Below are positions 20,763 to 29,555 of a stretch of DNA of 64,000 nt, piece by piece; position 1 is the stretch's first letter; each line of letters opens with the position of its first letter. The translations under genes and the position numbers were made by a program. The stretch is from a virus (Duplodnaviria; Heunggongvirae; Uroviricota; Caudoviricetes), in the IMG/VR virus record IMGVR_UViG_3300016476_000468, positions 103,913 through 167,912 of that record; one strand, written 5' to 3'. The notes beneath the pieces are model-generated. The model searched no databases. It worked only from the letters and a program-made list of their open reading frames with translations, and was not told where the DNA came from.

Positions 20763-21071
20763 ATGAAAAAGATTGTTGTTGCTGCAATGGTTGTTGCACT
20801 GTCCTGCTCCGTCTACGCTAAAGGCGGCGGCGGTGGCGGTGGACACGGTGGTGGCGGTGGTCATGCTAGTTCTGGCGCACACTCCAGTTCTTCTGGTGGA
20901 CACGCTAGTTCTGGCGGTGGTGGTAAGGGAACTTCCTCTGGTAAGAGTGCATCGGTTGCACCTGAGCCGAGTCGTTCTTCCACTACAAGTTCGACTAGCA
21001 GCTGGTTCCCTTGGTTTGGTGGCGGTTCTTCCAAGCAAGAAGAAAAGTGTAAAAAAGAGAAAACCTGCTAA
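20763..21071 (+). CDS. small secreted Gly/His/Ser-rich protein with signal peptide
   Basis: MKKIVVAAMVVALSCSVYA signal peptide, then GGGGGGGHGGGGGH... low complexity, C-terminal CKKEKTC. Confidence 0.5.
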   Translation: MKKIVVAAMVVALSCSVYAKGGGGGGGHGGGGGHASSGAHSSSSGGHASSGGGGKGTSSGKSASVAPEPSRSSTTSSTSSWFPWFGGGSSKQEEKCKKEKTC

Positions 21072-21128
21072 AAATTTCCTATATAAAACAGGGTGGGTGG
21101 TCTGCCCTACGATTCTAAGGAGTTTAGA

Positions 21129-22103
21129 ATGAAAACTGGTATATTCATTGGGCGATTCCAGCCTGTTCATCACGGTCATATCCATGCTATTGGTGTGGCT
21201 GCATCCCAAGTACAGAAACTGTACATCCTCATTGGTTCCGCTAACCAATGCCGTAGTATCAAGAATCCTTGGACGTATGAAGAACGCAAGCAAATGCTTT
21301 CGTTGAAACTTCACGCTGAGCGTATCACGAACTATGAAATTATTCCCCTTAACGATTATCGTTATAGCGATACGCAATGGATGTCTGACGTCCGCGCTAC
21401 TATCGAACACTTCAATATGGGTGCACCGATTCTGTTCGGTCACATCAAAGAAGGTAATGATTACCTGAAGTGGTTCCCTGAATTAAAATTTAAGAGCATT
21501 GAGGCTCAATATAATATCGATGCAACTCACATTCGTGAGGAGATGTTTAAGAATGACGACCCTCTGATGCCAGAAACTGTCCGAGGCGACTATGCTTTCT
21601 ACCAAAAAGAAAAACAACTCTTCAAAGATTATCCATTCCCCGAAACTCTCAACTTCAATTGCTCTGATGCGATCCTCGAATGCCAAGGACATGTGCTTCT
21701 CATCCAACGCAAGTTCAGTCCAGGTCGAGGTGCTTGGGCACTTCCAGGAGGTTTTCGCAACCAGCGTGAAACATTTCTTGACTGTGCCATCCGAGAGTTG
21801 ATTGAAGAAACTAACGTGCGAGTCCCTGAGAAAGTTCTCCGTGGCTCTATCGTGAAAACCGAATTGTTCGACAGTCCTCGTCGTTCGTTCGGTATTCCCC
21901 GAAACACCATGGCTGTGTACATGCGTATTAGTCCGAATCCTGACTACTCGCTGCCTCGTGCTAATGGTGCTGACGATGCTGCTCTGTGCAAGTGGGTGCC
22001 ACTTACTGACGCACTGAACAACATCGAGATGTATGATGACCACAAGGACATCATTTCTAAAGTAACAGGTGTTATGTCAATGCCTGCATTTGCAAAACTG
22101 TAA
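21129..22103 (+). CDS. natV: bifunctional NMN adenylyltransferase / Nudix hydrolase (NadM-Nudix, natV-like)
   Basis: GRFQPVHHGH (HxGH NTase motif), Nudix box GGFRNQRETFLDCAIRELIEETN; AAGGAG RBS. Confidence 0.75.
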   Translation: MKTGIFIGRFQPVHHGHIHAIGVAASQVQKLYILIGSANQCRSIKNPWTYEERKQMLSLKLHAERITNYEIIPLNDYRYSDTQWMSDVRATIEHFNMGAPILFGHIKEGNDYLKWFPELKFKSIEAQYNIDATHIREEMFKNDDPLMPETVRGDYAFYQKEKQLFKDYPFPETLNFNCSDAILECQGHVLLIQRKFSPGRGAWALPGGFRNQRETFLDCAIRELIEETNVRVPEKVLRGSIVKTELFDSPRRSFGIPRNTMAVYMRISPNPDYSLPRANGADDAALCKWVPLTDALNNIEMYDDHKDIISKVTGVMSMPAFAKL

Positions 22104-22119
22104 ACGATTAGGATCGTGT

Positions 22120-22413
22120 ATGAACGAACGAATTCAAGAACTTGCTCGTCAGTCTGGTGCATATCATAAAGATGACGACGGTGAAGAAACTAAGATTGCT
22201 GTTCTAATAGGTAAGGAAGTAGAAAAGTTCGCCGAGTTGATTGTTCGGGAATGTATGGAACTTAATAGAAAACAATCCTGGGATCTTACTGGTGTGATTA
22301 TTGATGTTGAAGAAAGCACTGGTTTTGACGAAGTGTGTATGAATACTGTAAAACGAGTAAAGAATTATCTAGCAGGCGATGACTTGCTAAAACATTTTGG
22401 AGTTGAAGAATGA
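22120..22413 (+). CDS. HFGVEE-family small protein, member 1
   Basis: MNERIQELARQSGAY...KFAELIVRECMEL...KHFGVEE. Confidence 0.6.
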   Translation: MNERIQELARQSGAYHKDDDGEETKIAVLIGKEVEKFAELIVRECMELNRKQSWDLTGVIIDVEESTGFDEVCMNTVKRVKNYLAGDDLLKHFGVEE

Positions 22414-22607
22414 TTTTGAAGTATTTTAGAGAACAAATTGAAGGTGGTGCTACAGATAACTTTTTCTATGGCACTGAAATGAATGGTGAAGTTCGCATTG
22501 AGCGTCATCGTGGTAGTCTTGACTCATTCCCCACTGATCTAAAATTTACGAGAATGGTAGGAAGTGTTCCGTTCTTTACTCAAGAACATTTCGGAGTTGA
22601 AGAATGA
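22410..22607 (+). CDS. HFGVEE-family small protein, member 2 (divergent N-terminus)
   Basis: Ends ...QEHFGVEE; ATGA junction. Confidence 0.5.
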   Translation: MILKYFREQIEGGATDNFFYGTEMNGEVRIERHRGSLDSFPTDLKFTRMVGSVPFFTQEHFGVEE

Positions 22608-22831
22608 ACGCTAAAAGAGGTCTACCCCTGGAAAGCATTGCGACAGACCCTGTAAGAATGCGAGCGAGATGTGAAGCATTGGTAATTGCTATGGTAGGCA
22701 AAGATATGGCTGAGAAATGGTGGAATGGCCCAAACAAGGCATTTTGTGATGACACACCAGAACAGATTTATAGTGTAGCACCCAGTGCGGTGTATGCTTA
22801 TCTAATGCGATCAGCCGAAGGAGAATGGTAA
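22604..22831 (+). CDS. hypothetical small protein within array
   Basis: ORF with ATGA junction. Confidence 0.45.
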   Translation: MNAKRGLPLESIATDPVRMRARCEALVIAMVGKDMAEKWWNGPNKAFCDDTPEQIYSVAPSAVYAYLMRSAEGEW

Positions 22832-23004
22832 TGAACCAACGTAAAGTTCACTACATTGATGTGAGCAAAATGTCCGAAAAAGAACTATGTGAAACATTGA
22901 ACATTCCATATGTTCCGTGGTATTGTGATAGTATCTTTTGGGCATTGGCACTGGTTTTTACTGCGCCCAGTATCCTGATTATTACTTTGGAGATATTCAA
23001 ATGA
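22825..23004 (+). CDS. small hydrophobic (membrane) protein, 59 aa
   Basis: C-terminal FWALALVFTAPSILIITL TM segment; ATGA junction into next gene. Confidence 0.35.
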   Translation: MVMNQRKVHYIDVSKMSEKELCETLNIPYVPWYCDSIFWALALVFTAPSILIITLEIFK

Positions 23005-23204
23005 ACAAACGAATTAAAGAACTGCAGTTTCAAGCTGCCGCACAAGTTAATCCGTTGTTGGAAGGTTCTGAGTGGCAACAAGTGTTTGTTGAGAATTTTG
23101 CCGAGTTGATTATCAAAGAAACACTACAGGTTGCTCGTGCTGGTATAGAGTTCGGCGACGGTATGGAAGATGCTGTTTACAAATATTTCGGAGTTGAAGA
23201 ATGA
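23001..23204 (+). CDS. HFGVEE-family small protein, member 3
   Basis: MNKRIKELQFQAAAQ...FAELIIKETLQ...YKYFGVEE. Confidence 0.6.
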   Translation: MNKRIKELQFQAAAQVNPLLEGSEWQQVFVENFAELIIKETLQVARAGIEFGDGMEDAVYKYFGVEE

Positions 23205-23446
23205 ACGAACGAATTAGAGAACTTGCTAGAGAGGCTGGGTTGCCTACATACAACCCCGAAGGTATTCCAACTAAATTAGAAAAGTTCGCCGAGTTGATTG
23301 TTAGGGAATGTATTCGCATTGGCCAAGAAACCAGCAAAGATATTTTCAAAATGTCAAAGAAAGAAGGTGACATTTTTGAATATGAATCACACGGTGCAGA
23401 ACAAGTAGTTGATAATATCAAAGAGCATTTTGGAGTTGAAAAATGA
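23201..23446 (+). CDS. HFGVEE-family small protein, member 4
   Basis: MNERIRELAREAGLP...KFAELIVRECIRIG...KEHFGVEK. Confidence 0.6.
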   Translation: MNERIRELAREAGLPTYNPEGIPTKLEKFAELIVRECIRIGQETSKDIFKMSKKEGDIFEYESHGAEQVVDNIKEHFGVEK

Positions 23447-23541
23447 GCATAAGCGAAACTATCGTCATACTTGCTATGATTTCACTGTTTGCCTTGGTTG
23501 CAGTGGGTGTATATAAGTTGATTGTAAAAGGTTTTCTATGA
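23443..23541 (+). CDS. 32-aa hydrophobic peptide
   Basis: MSISETIVILAMISLFALVAVGVYKLIVKGFL; ATGA overlaps at both ends. Confidence 0.3.
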   Translation: MSISETIVILAMISLFALVAVGVYKLIVKGFL

Positions 23542-23765
23542 ACGAACGAATTAAAGAACTTGCCCAACAGGCTGGATGCAGTATTGATGGAATGGGCTAT
23601 GGCGAAGGTAATGTAGAAAAGTTCGCCGAGTTGATTATTCGGGAATGTATTGGTTGTTGTGAACAAGTTATCAGTGATCCTGTTCCTGAATCCGTGGATA
23701 GTTGGTTAAATGGTGGCGAACAATGTATCCAAGAGATTAAACAGCATTTTGGAGTTGAAAAATGA
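23538..23765 (+). CDS. HFGVEE-family small protein, member 5
   Basis: MNERIKELAQQAGCS...KFAELIIRECIGCC...KQHFGVEK. Confidence 0.6.
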   Translation: MNERIKELAQQAGCSIDGMGYGEGNVEKFAELIIRECIGCCEQVISDPVPESVDSWLNGGEQCIQEIKQHFGVEK

Positions 23766-24013
23766 AAGTTTCCAATCTACGCAAAATCACAGACCCAACT
23801 ACATTTGAACCAAGTGTAGTAGTAGATGTAGAAATCCCAAGAATGACCTTATACGAACTAACTCTAATGAAAGAGGACATTCGTAAAGACATTATCTACA
23901 CACTCGGAGCGGAGTTATTGGGACAGATTGTTGTTCAGATGGGTATGACTGATGAACAAAAGAAAGACCTAATCAAGGACTTGCTGGGAGTGAACAATGA
24001 CACCGAATCCTAA
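23762..24013 (+). CDS. hypothetical small protein
   Basis: ORF with ATGA junction. Confidence 0.45.
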   Translation: MKVSNLRKITDPTTFEPSVVVDVEIPRMTLYELTLMKEDIRKDIIYTLGAELLGQIVVQMGMTDEQKKDLIKDLLGVNNDTES

Positions 24014-24221
24014 AATCCGAGAACTCATTATGAGTATGGGCATTATTCCTGAAAGCGAACACTATGATATCGCTGAACGAGTTATTGAAGAATGTATGGC
24101 AATGTGTAAAACCGCTGTAGGCAACGCTGACTACAACACTGGCAGACTACATTGTTTAGAAAACATCAAAGAACACTTTGGAGTTAAACGATGGCACTTC
24201 GACAACTGCAAAAGTGCTTGA
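23997..24221 (+). CDS. HFGVEE-family small protein, member 6 (divergent)
   Basis: MTPNPKIRELIMSMG...VIEECMAMC...KEHFGVKR. Confidence 0.5.
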   Translation: MTPNPKIRELIMSMGIIPESEHYDIAERVIEECMAMCKTAVGNADYNTGRLHCLENIKEHFGVKRWHFDNCKSA

Positions 24222-24246
24222 CTTTTATTCAATAGTCAGGTATAAT
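24218..24246 (+). promoter_or_regulatory. early promoter TTGACT-N17-GGTATAAT before nadV
   Basis: Consensus -35/-10. Confidence 0.6.
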
Positions 24247-24290
24247 TAACTTACTCCGAGACGGTCTTGGGGAATTTTTAGGAGCTAAAA

Positions 24291-25685
24291 ATGAGCATTT
24301 CAAAATCAATCATTCTAAACACCGACAGCTATAAAGTTAGCATGTTCAAACAGTATCCTGCAGGTACGACTGGTGTTTATTCCTATATTGAATCACGTGG
24401 TGGACGCTATGATCGCACTGTGATGTTCGGTCTCCAAGCCTTCATTAAGGAGTATCTACTTGATCCAATTACCCAAGCCGACATTGATATTGCTGATGAG
24501 ATACTCACTACTCACGGAGAACCCTTCAACCGAGAAGGATGGGAATATATCCTACGTGTCCACGATGGTTATCTCCCAGTCGTTATTCGTGCAGTTCCTG
24601 AGGGTACAGTGGTTCCTGTTAAAAATGTTTTGGCTACAATTGAAAACACGGATCCTGAATGCTATTGGTTGACTACTTATCTGGAAACTGCTCTTCTGCG
24701 TGCAGTCTGGTATCCAACCACTGTGGCTACTCAAAGCTACACCATTCGCAAAGTGATCATCGAATATCTGGAGAAAACTGGTGACCCTAGCCTTATTGAT
24801 TTCAAACTGCACGACTTCGGTGCTCGTGGCGTTTCTTCTATGGAAAGCGCAGGAATTGGCGGTGCTGCCCACTTGGTTAACTTCATGGGTACTGATACCA
24901 TCACTGGTCTTCTGTATGCTCGTGAGTATTACAATGCTGGTATTGCTGCTTTCTCTATCCCTGCCGCAGAACACAGTACCATCACCAGCTGGGGTCGTGA
25001 CAACGAAGTAAAAGCCTATGACAACATGCTTACTCAGTTTGCTAAGCCTGGTAGTATCGTTGCAGTGGTCAGCGATAGCTATGATATCTTCAACGCTGCA
25101 TCTAAACTCTGGGGTGAAGAACTCAAGCAGAAAGTTATTGACAGTGGCGCTACTGTTGTCATCCGTCCAGACTCTGGCGATCCTGATACTGTTTGCCGTA
25201 AACTTGTAGAAATTCTCGGTCAAAAGTTCGGCTACACTGTCAACGATAAAGGATACAAGGTTCTGAACAACGTCCGCATTATCCAAGGTGACGGTGTCAA
25301 TGAACAAACTATCCGCACCATCCTAGGTGGCTTTGCCGCATACGGTTGGAGTGCAGATAACATTGCATTCGGTATGGGTGGTGCTCTGCTCCAACAAGTC
25401 GATCGTGACACCCAGAAGTTCGCAATGAAGTGTTCTGCTGCTTTGATCAACGGTGAGTGGGTTGATGTGCAGAAAGATCCTGTCACTGACTCTGGTAAGA
25501 AGTCTAAGGCTGGTCGTGTGCAACTTTGGGAAAGTGGTGGTGAGTTTATCTCTTCTGTCAATCGTCCCAATACTTGGACTGATCGTGGAACTGCTTGGGC
25601 ACCTGTGCTGCAAGAAGTATTCCGTGACGGTAAACTTGTAACCGAATACACCTTCGAGCAAGTCCGAGCCAACGCTAAAAAGTAA
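24291..25685 (+). CDS. nadV: nicotinamide phosphoribosyltransferase (NAMPT / NadV)
   Basis: 464 aa; NAMPT-like motifs (HDFGARG, GTDT, SIPAAEHST); pairs with NMNAT. Confidence 0.8.
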   Translation: MSISKSIILNTDSYKVSMFKQYPAGTTGVYSYIESRGGRYDRTVMFGLQAFIKEYLLDPITQADIDIADEILTTHGEPFNREGWEYILRVHDGYLPVVIRAVPEGTVVPVKNVLATIENTDPECYWLTTYLETALLRAVWYPTTVATQSYTIRKVIIEYLEKTGDPSLIDFKLHDFGARGVSSMESAGIGGAAHLVNFMGTDTITGLLYAREYYNAGIAAFSIPAAEHSTITSWGRDNEVKAYDNMLTQFAKPGSIVAVVSDSYDIFNAASKLWGEELKQKVIDSGATVVIRPDSGDPDTVCRKLVEILGQKFGYTVNDKGYKVLNNVRIIQGDGVNEQTIRTILGGFAAYGWSADNIAFGMGGALLQQVDRDTQKFAMKCSAALINGEWVDVQKDPVTDSGKKSKAGRVQLWESGGEFISSVNRPNTWTDRGTAWAPVLQEVFRDGKLVTEYTFEQVRANAKK

Positions 25686-25767
25686 TACTTTAGGCTTACA
25701 AAAAAACCCCACCGAGTGTGGGGTTTTTTAACTTAGGTGTTGTCTTTTTACAAAACCTGATGTATAA
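25686..25767 (+). promoter_or_regulatory. PeSL-like cassette copy 2: GTAATACTTT, terminator CCCCAC-CGAG-TGTGGGG-T6, promoter TTGTCT-N17-TGTATAAT
   Basis: Hairpin with U-run, then promoter. Confidence 0.7.
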
Positions 25768-25783
25768 TACTTCTATTGAATCG

Positions 25784-25960
25784 GAGAACATTATGTGGAG
25801 TGATTTTAGCGACTACGAACTAGCCGAGTTGGCTGGTCGCTATGGGTTGGAAGACAACCTAGTTTTTGATTATGAACTCAGTCTGGCAAATCGTGACGAG
25901 ATTGAGAAACTGTTGACTGAATTTGAATGGGAGATTGTAAATGCAGAACGTAGCATCTGA
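25784..25960 (+). CDS. small acidic hypothetical protein
   Basis: ORF with GGAG RBS after promoter. Confidence 0.4.
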   Translation, partial: ENIMWSDFSDYELAELAGRYGLEDNLVFDYELSLANRDEIEKLLTEFEWEIVNAERSI

Positions 25961-28130
25961 TCTTAGCGCACGACTGTTGGCGACAGAAAACCTTTCTGTT
26001 GTTCGTGCCAAAGCACCCACTGCATCTTTCGATATCAAGTCACGTGTGCTGACTTTGCCCCTGTGGAAAGATATGACTCCCGAGATCGAAGACATGCTCA
26101 TTGGTCACGAAGTCGGTCACGCACTCTACACTGGCGTAGAGTATATGACTCCGATTATGGAAAACCCTAAGCTGAAGTCTTATATGAACGTGCTGGAAGA
26201 CGTTCGTATCGAAAAGATGATGAAGCGCAAGTATCCTGGAATTCGCAAGCGTATGAACGAAGGGTACAAACAACTCAATGAACGTGACTTCTTTGGCGTC
26301 AAAGCCATTCAAGACTTCAACGAATTGCTGTTGATTGACCGCATCAACCTGTACTTCAAAGTCGGTTTCGACTGCGGTGTTAAATTTACACCTGAAGAAA
26401 AGGTGTTTGTCAATCGCGCAGAACGCACTGAGACCATGGAAGAAATTATCCAGCTGGCTCAGGACATCTACGCCTACTCCAAAGAACAAGCTGAAGAGCG
26501 TAAGAAACAACGCATGGAAGCTGGCGAAGACTTTGAAGATGGTGATGATCTGGATGATCCAATCACTGGCGATTTTGACATTGACGAATTCGACGACTTT
26601 GATGAAGACGAAGATGCAAGCGATGACAAACTAAAATCTTCTAAGTCTGGTTCCAACAAAGAAAATGACGAAACTGCATCTGATGATCAGGAAGAAGACC
26701 TAGAGGCGAAGACTGATCGGTTTTTCCAGAAACGTCTGGAAGAATTGGCTGACGACTCTACAGAGTATCTGTATTGGAAGTTTGACACCAACTATTTCGA
26801 AGATCCTGTTGTTGGTTACAAAGCCATCCTGAAAGGCACCAAGTCTGTACATGAGTGGAATGCAGATCTGTATCAAGCGAACGACTATAAGACTCGCTAT
26901 ATGGATGAAGCGCAACGCAAGGAATTCTTTGGCGCTTTCACTAAGGAATTCGATCAATTCAAAACTGATTCTATGCGCACGGTAAACTACCTTGTCAAAG
27001 AATTCGAGATGAAAAAGTCTGCACAACTTTACAAACGTGCTCAGGTTGCCAAAGTTGGCACTCTGGATATGCGTAAGGTTTGGGCTTACAAACTTCAGGA
27101 AGACTTGTTCAAGCGTGTGACTACTTTGCCGCAAGGTAAGAATCACGGTATGGTTATGTTGCTGGACTGGTCTGGTTCTATGGAAAACGTCCTGCAGGAC
27201 ACTCTCAAGCAGGTTATTAACCTTGCTATGTTCTGCCAGCGCATCCAAGTGCCATATCGTGTCTATGCGTTCACCACTGACTATCAAAAAGATCTGTCTT
27301 ATGATGAGCGTTATGAACGTGAACGTAAGATTCGTGAGTACCGTGCAAAGTTTGGTGATCAGAAAGATTTGCTGAGCAACACCAGAGGTTTCCATTTGCT
27401 GGAATTCTTCAACGACAAGATGTCTTCTGTGGAATTCAACGAGATGGCTCGTCGTCTGCTGGACTATCGTTTCCGTTGGAATGATGGCTACAGCACCAGT
27501 GGCACTCCGCTGAATGAAGCACTGGCATGGTGCTATCTGAATCTTGGCGACTTCATCAAGAAGCACAATCTGGAGAAGACTACATTCATCACTCTTACTG
27601 ATGGTGAAGGTGGACAGCTGAACGGCGACGGTCGTCGTCTCGATCCTGTCCGCAACGAATACGTTGATGGCAAGTATGTGCGCACCAAAATGCGCCACTT
27701 TATCCGTGACGATGTTACGAAGAAAACCTATGAGTTGGAAGCCAACTCTAGCCAACAAACAGAAGCGATTCTGCGAATGATCAAAGATCGCCACAATGTT
27801 CGCACTGTTGGTTTTTACATCTGTCGTAATCATCGCCGTGACTTGCAGTCGGTTATCGGTGCAAACCTTCCAGGCTACACTGGTAGTGCTGAAGTGTTGA
27901 TTGAGAATTGGAGAAAACAATTCCGTGACCAAGACTTTGCTTCTGTGAAGAATACTGGTCGTGATGAACTGTTCCTGATTCCGCAATCTTCTACGAAGAT
28001 CCAAGAAGGTGAACTTGAGGTCAAGTCTGATGCAAAAGCTGCAAGTATTGCTCGCAACTTTAGCAAATACCTGAACGTCAAGAAGACTTCTCGGGTTCTA
28101 CTCAATCGTTTCGTGGCTCTCGTAGCCTAA
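25941..28130 (+). CDS. cobT: CobT-like protein (cobaltochelatase CobT family: acidic linker plus C-terminal VWA domain)
   Basis: Poly-acidic stretch DDLDDPITGDFDIDEFDDFDEDEDASDD; VWA/MIDAS-like VMLLDWSGSM; adjacent cobS-like AAA ATPase. Confidence 0.65.
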   Translation: MQNVASDLSARLLATENLSVVRAKAPTASFDIKSRVLTLPLWKDMTPEIEDMLIGHEVGHALYTGVEYMTPIMENPKLKSYMNVLEDVRIEKMMKRKYPGIRKRMNEGYKQLNERDFFGVKAIQDFNELLLIDRINLYFKVGFDCGVKFTPEEKVFVNRAERTETMEEIIQLAQDIYAYSKEQAEERKKQRMEAGEDFEDGDDLDDPITGDFDIDEFDDFDEDEDASDDKLKSSKSGSNKENDETASDDQEEDLEAKTDRFFQKRLEELADDSTEYLYWKFDTNYFEDPVVGYKAILKGTKSVHEWNADLYQANDYKTRYMDEAQRKEFFGAFTKEFDQFKTDSMRTVNYLVKEFEMKKSAQLYKRAQVAKVGTLDMRKVWAYKLQEDLFKRVTTLPQGKNHGMVMLLDWSGSMENVLQDTLKQVINLAMFCQRIQVPYRVYAFTTDYQKDLSYDERYERERKIREYRAKFGDQKDLLSNTRGFHLLEFFNDKMSSVEFNEMARRLLDYRFRWNDGYSTSGTPLNEALAWCYLNLGDFIKKHNLEKTTFITLTDGEGGQLNGDGRRLDPVRNEYVDGKYVRTKMRHFIRDDVTKKTYELEANSSQQTEAILRMIKDRHNVRTVGFYICRNHRRDLQSVIGANLPGYTGSAEVLIENWRKQFRDQDFASVKNTGRDELFLIPQSSTKIQEGELEVKSDAKAASIARNFSKYLNVKKTSRVLLNRFVALVA

Positions 28131-28134
28131 AACG

Positions 28135-28239
28135 AAAGTGTTACTTTCTGTAAGTTGTTGATTTTACACGGAAAATAACCCTACTTTTTGTGGGGTTATT
28201 CCAAAAAGATGTTGACTTTTTTGCAGATTGATGTATAAT
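28135..28239 (+). promoter_or_regulatory. PeSL-like cassette copy 3: GTGTTACTTT, hairpin AACCCTAC-TTTTTG-TGGGGTT, promoter TTGACT-N16-TGTATAAT
   Basis: Seen in sequence. Confidence 0.65.
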
Positions 28240-28273
28240 ATGTGTATGTTCTTGATTATGAATGGAGTTTGTG

Positions 28274-29434
28274 ATGAGTAAAGTTGACGCTGTGGTTCGT
28301 CGTGAGTTTGAGATCAAACTTGCTGAGATGTTTCCCGATACCCAAACGTCTGGTCAGGTGACTCGCCCCCAACTGATTGAAGTTATGGGTGCACTTAAGA
28401 CCGAGAAATTCCCTCTCTGGCTTATGAAGAATAAAGTTGGTCGTGGTATTTACGCCATTGATGGTGGCAAGACTGCACCTGTTGTTGGCAATACTGCTCT
28501 GAAAGATGAACCTGTGGAATCCTATATCGTAGACTACACAAACGTAGAATCACTCATTCCTGTCAAAGACCCGAACTTTGTTCCCTTTGGCAACTTCACT
28601 GATCTTGAAAACATTATCAAGTCTGGTATCTTTTATCCCGCATACATCTCTGGTCCAACTGGTAACGGTAAGTCCACCATGGTGGAGCAGATCTGTGCCA
28701 AGCACAAGAAGCCTCTCATCCGTGTCAACCTGAATATGATGACCGATGAAGAACAACTCATCGGTTCCAAAACCCTCCAGAATGGAAACGTAGAAGTTGT
28801 GGAAGGTCCAGTCCTGATCGCTATGCGCACTGGCTGTACTCTGCTGCTTGACGAAATTGACGCTGGCTCTGCAAATACCTTGCTGTGTCTGCAACCTATC
28901 CTCGAAGGCAAACCCTATTATTTCAAACTCAAGAATGAGATGATCATTCCTGCTAAGGGTTTTAACATCTGTGCCACTGCTAATACTAAGGGTAAAGGTT
29001 CAGACGATGGTCGCTATATCGGTACTAACGTGCTCAACGAAGCATTCCTGGAGCGTTTCGCTGTGACCTTCGAACAAGAGTATCCTTCAGCTAAGGTTGA
29101 AGTTAAGATTGTACAGAATCTTATGGAATCTTACGGTTGTGTGGATGCCGAATTTGCAGAGACTCTCGTTAAGTGGGCTGATGCAATTCGTCGCACATTC
29201 GAAGATGGTGGTGTCGATGAGACAATTACGACTCGTCGTATGACTCACATCGTTCGTGCCTTTGCGATTTTCAAGAATCGTAACAAGGCTGTGGAACTGT
29301 GCTGCAATCGTTTCGATTCTGCAACTAAGGATGCATTCCTGAAGTTGTACGATAACATTGCAAACCCTGCTCCCGAAGCACCTCCTGCGGTAGAAGCACC
29401 TACTCCCTCTCCTGCAGAGGAAATTCCCTTCTAA
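28274..29434 (+). CDS. cobS: CobS-like MoxR-family AAA+ ATPase
   Basis: Walker A GPTGNGKST, Walker B LLLDEID; phage cobS-like length. Confidence 0.75.
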   Translation: MSKVDAVVRREFEIKLAEMFPDTQTSGQVTRPQLIEVMGALKTEKFPLWLMKNKVGRGIYAIDGGKTAPVVGNTALKDEPVESYIVDYTNVESLIPVKDPNFVPFGNFTDLENIIKSGIFYPAYISGPTGNGKSTMVEQICAKHKKPLIRVNLNMMTDEEQLIGSKTLQNGNVEVVEGPVLIAMRTGCTLLLDEIDAGSANTLLCLQPILEGKPYYFKLKNEMIIPAKGFNICATANTKGKGSDDGRYIGTNVLNEAFLERFAVTFEQEYPSAKVEVKIVQNLMESYGCVDAEFAETLVKWADAIRRTFEDGGVDETITTRRMTHIVRAFAIFKNRNKAVELCCNRFDSATKDAFLKLYDNIANPAPEAPPAVEAPTPSPAEEIPF

Positions 29435-29435
29435 A

Positions 29436-29515
29436 AAGTAATACCTAAGTAATCCCTTGCAGCTTGTAGGGGATTACAAAAAGGTGTTGACTTTTGGTGC
29501 AACTTGGTGTATAAT
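29436..29515 (+). promoter_or_regulatory. PeSL-like cassette copy 4: GTAATAC, hairpin AATCCC-TTGCAGCTTGTA-GGGGATT, promoter TTGACT-N17-TGTATAAT
   Basis: Seen in sequence. Confidence 0.65.
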
Positions 29516-29555
29516 ATAGTCTGTAATCGTTGAAAACTTCTTAAAGGAAATTATT

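Noticed and set aside
22120-24221. Possibility that the regularly spaced DNA repeats (cattttggagttgaagaatga etc.) are a CRISPR array
   Set aside because: The repeats are in-frame coding segments of paralogous proteins, with variable spacing of 200-330 bp. There are no short uniform spacers and no cas genes.
26700-28004. 434-aa minus-strand ORF (and similar long antisense ORFs at 16329..17081, 24552..25307, 31902..32843, 20745..21443)
   Set aside because: Each lies entirely inside a well-supported plus-strand gene (cobT, ATPase, nadV, SPFH/prx, Gly-rich ORF). They show no RBS, have no recognisable domains, and arise from codon-biased antisense frames.
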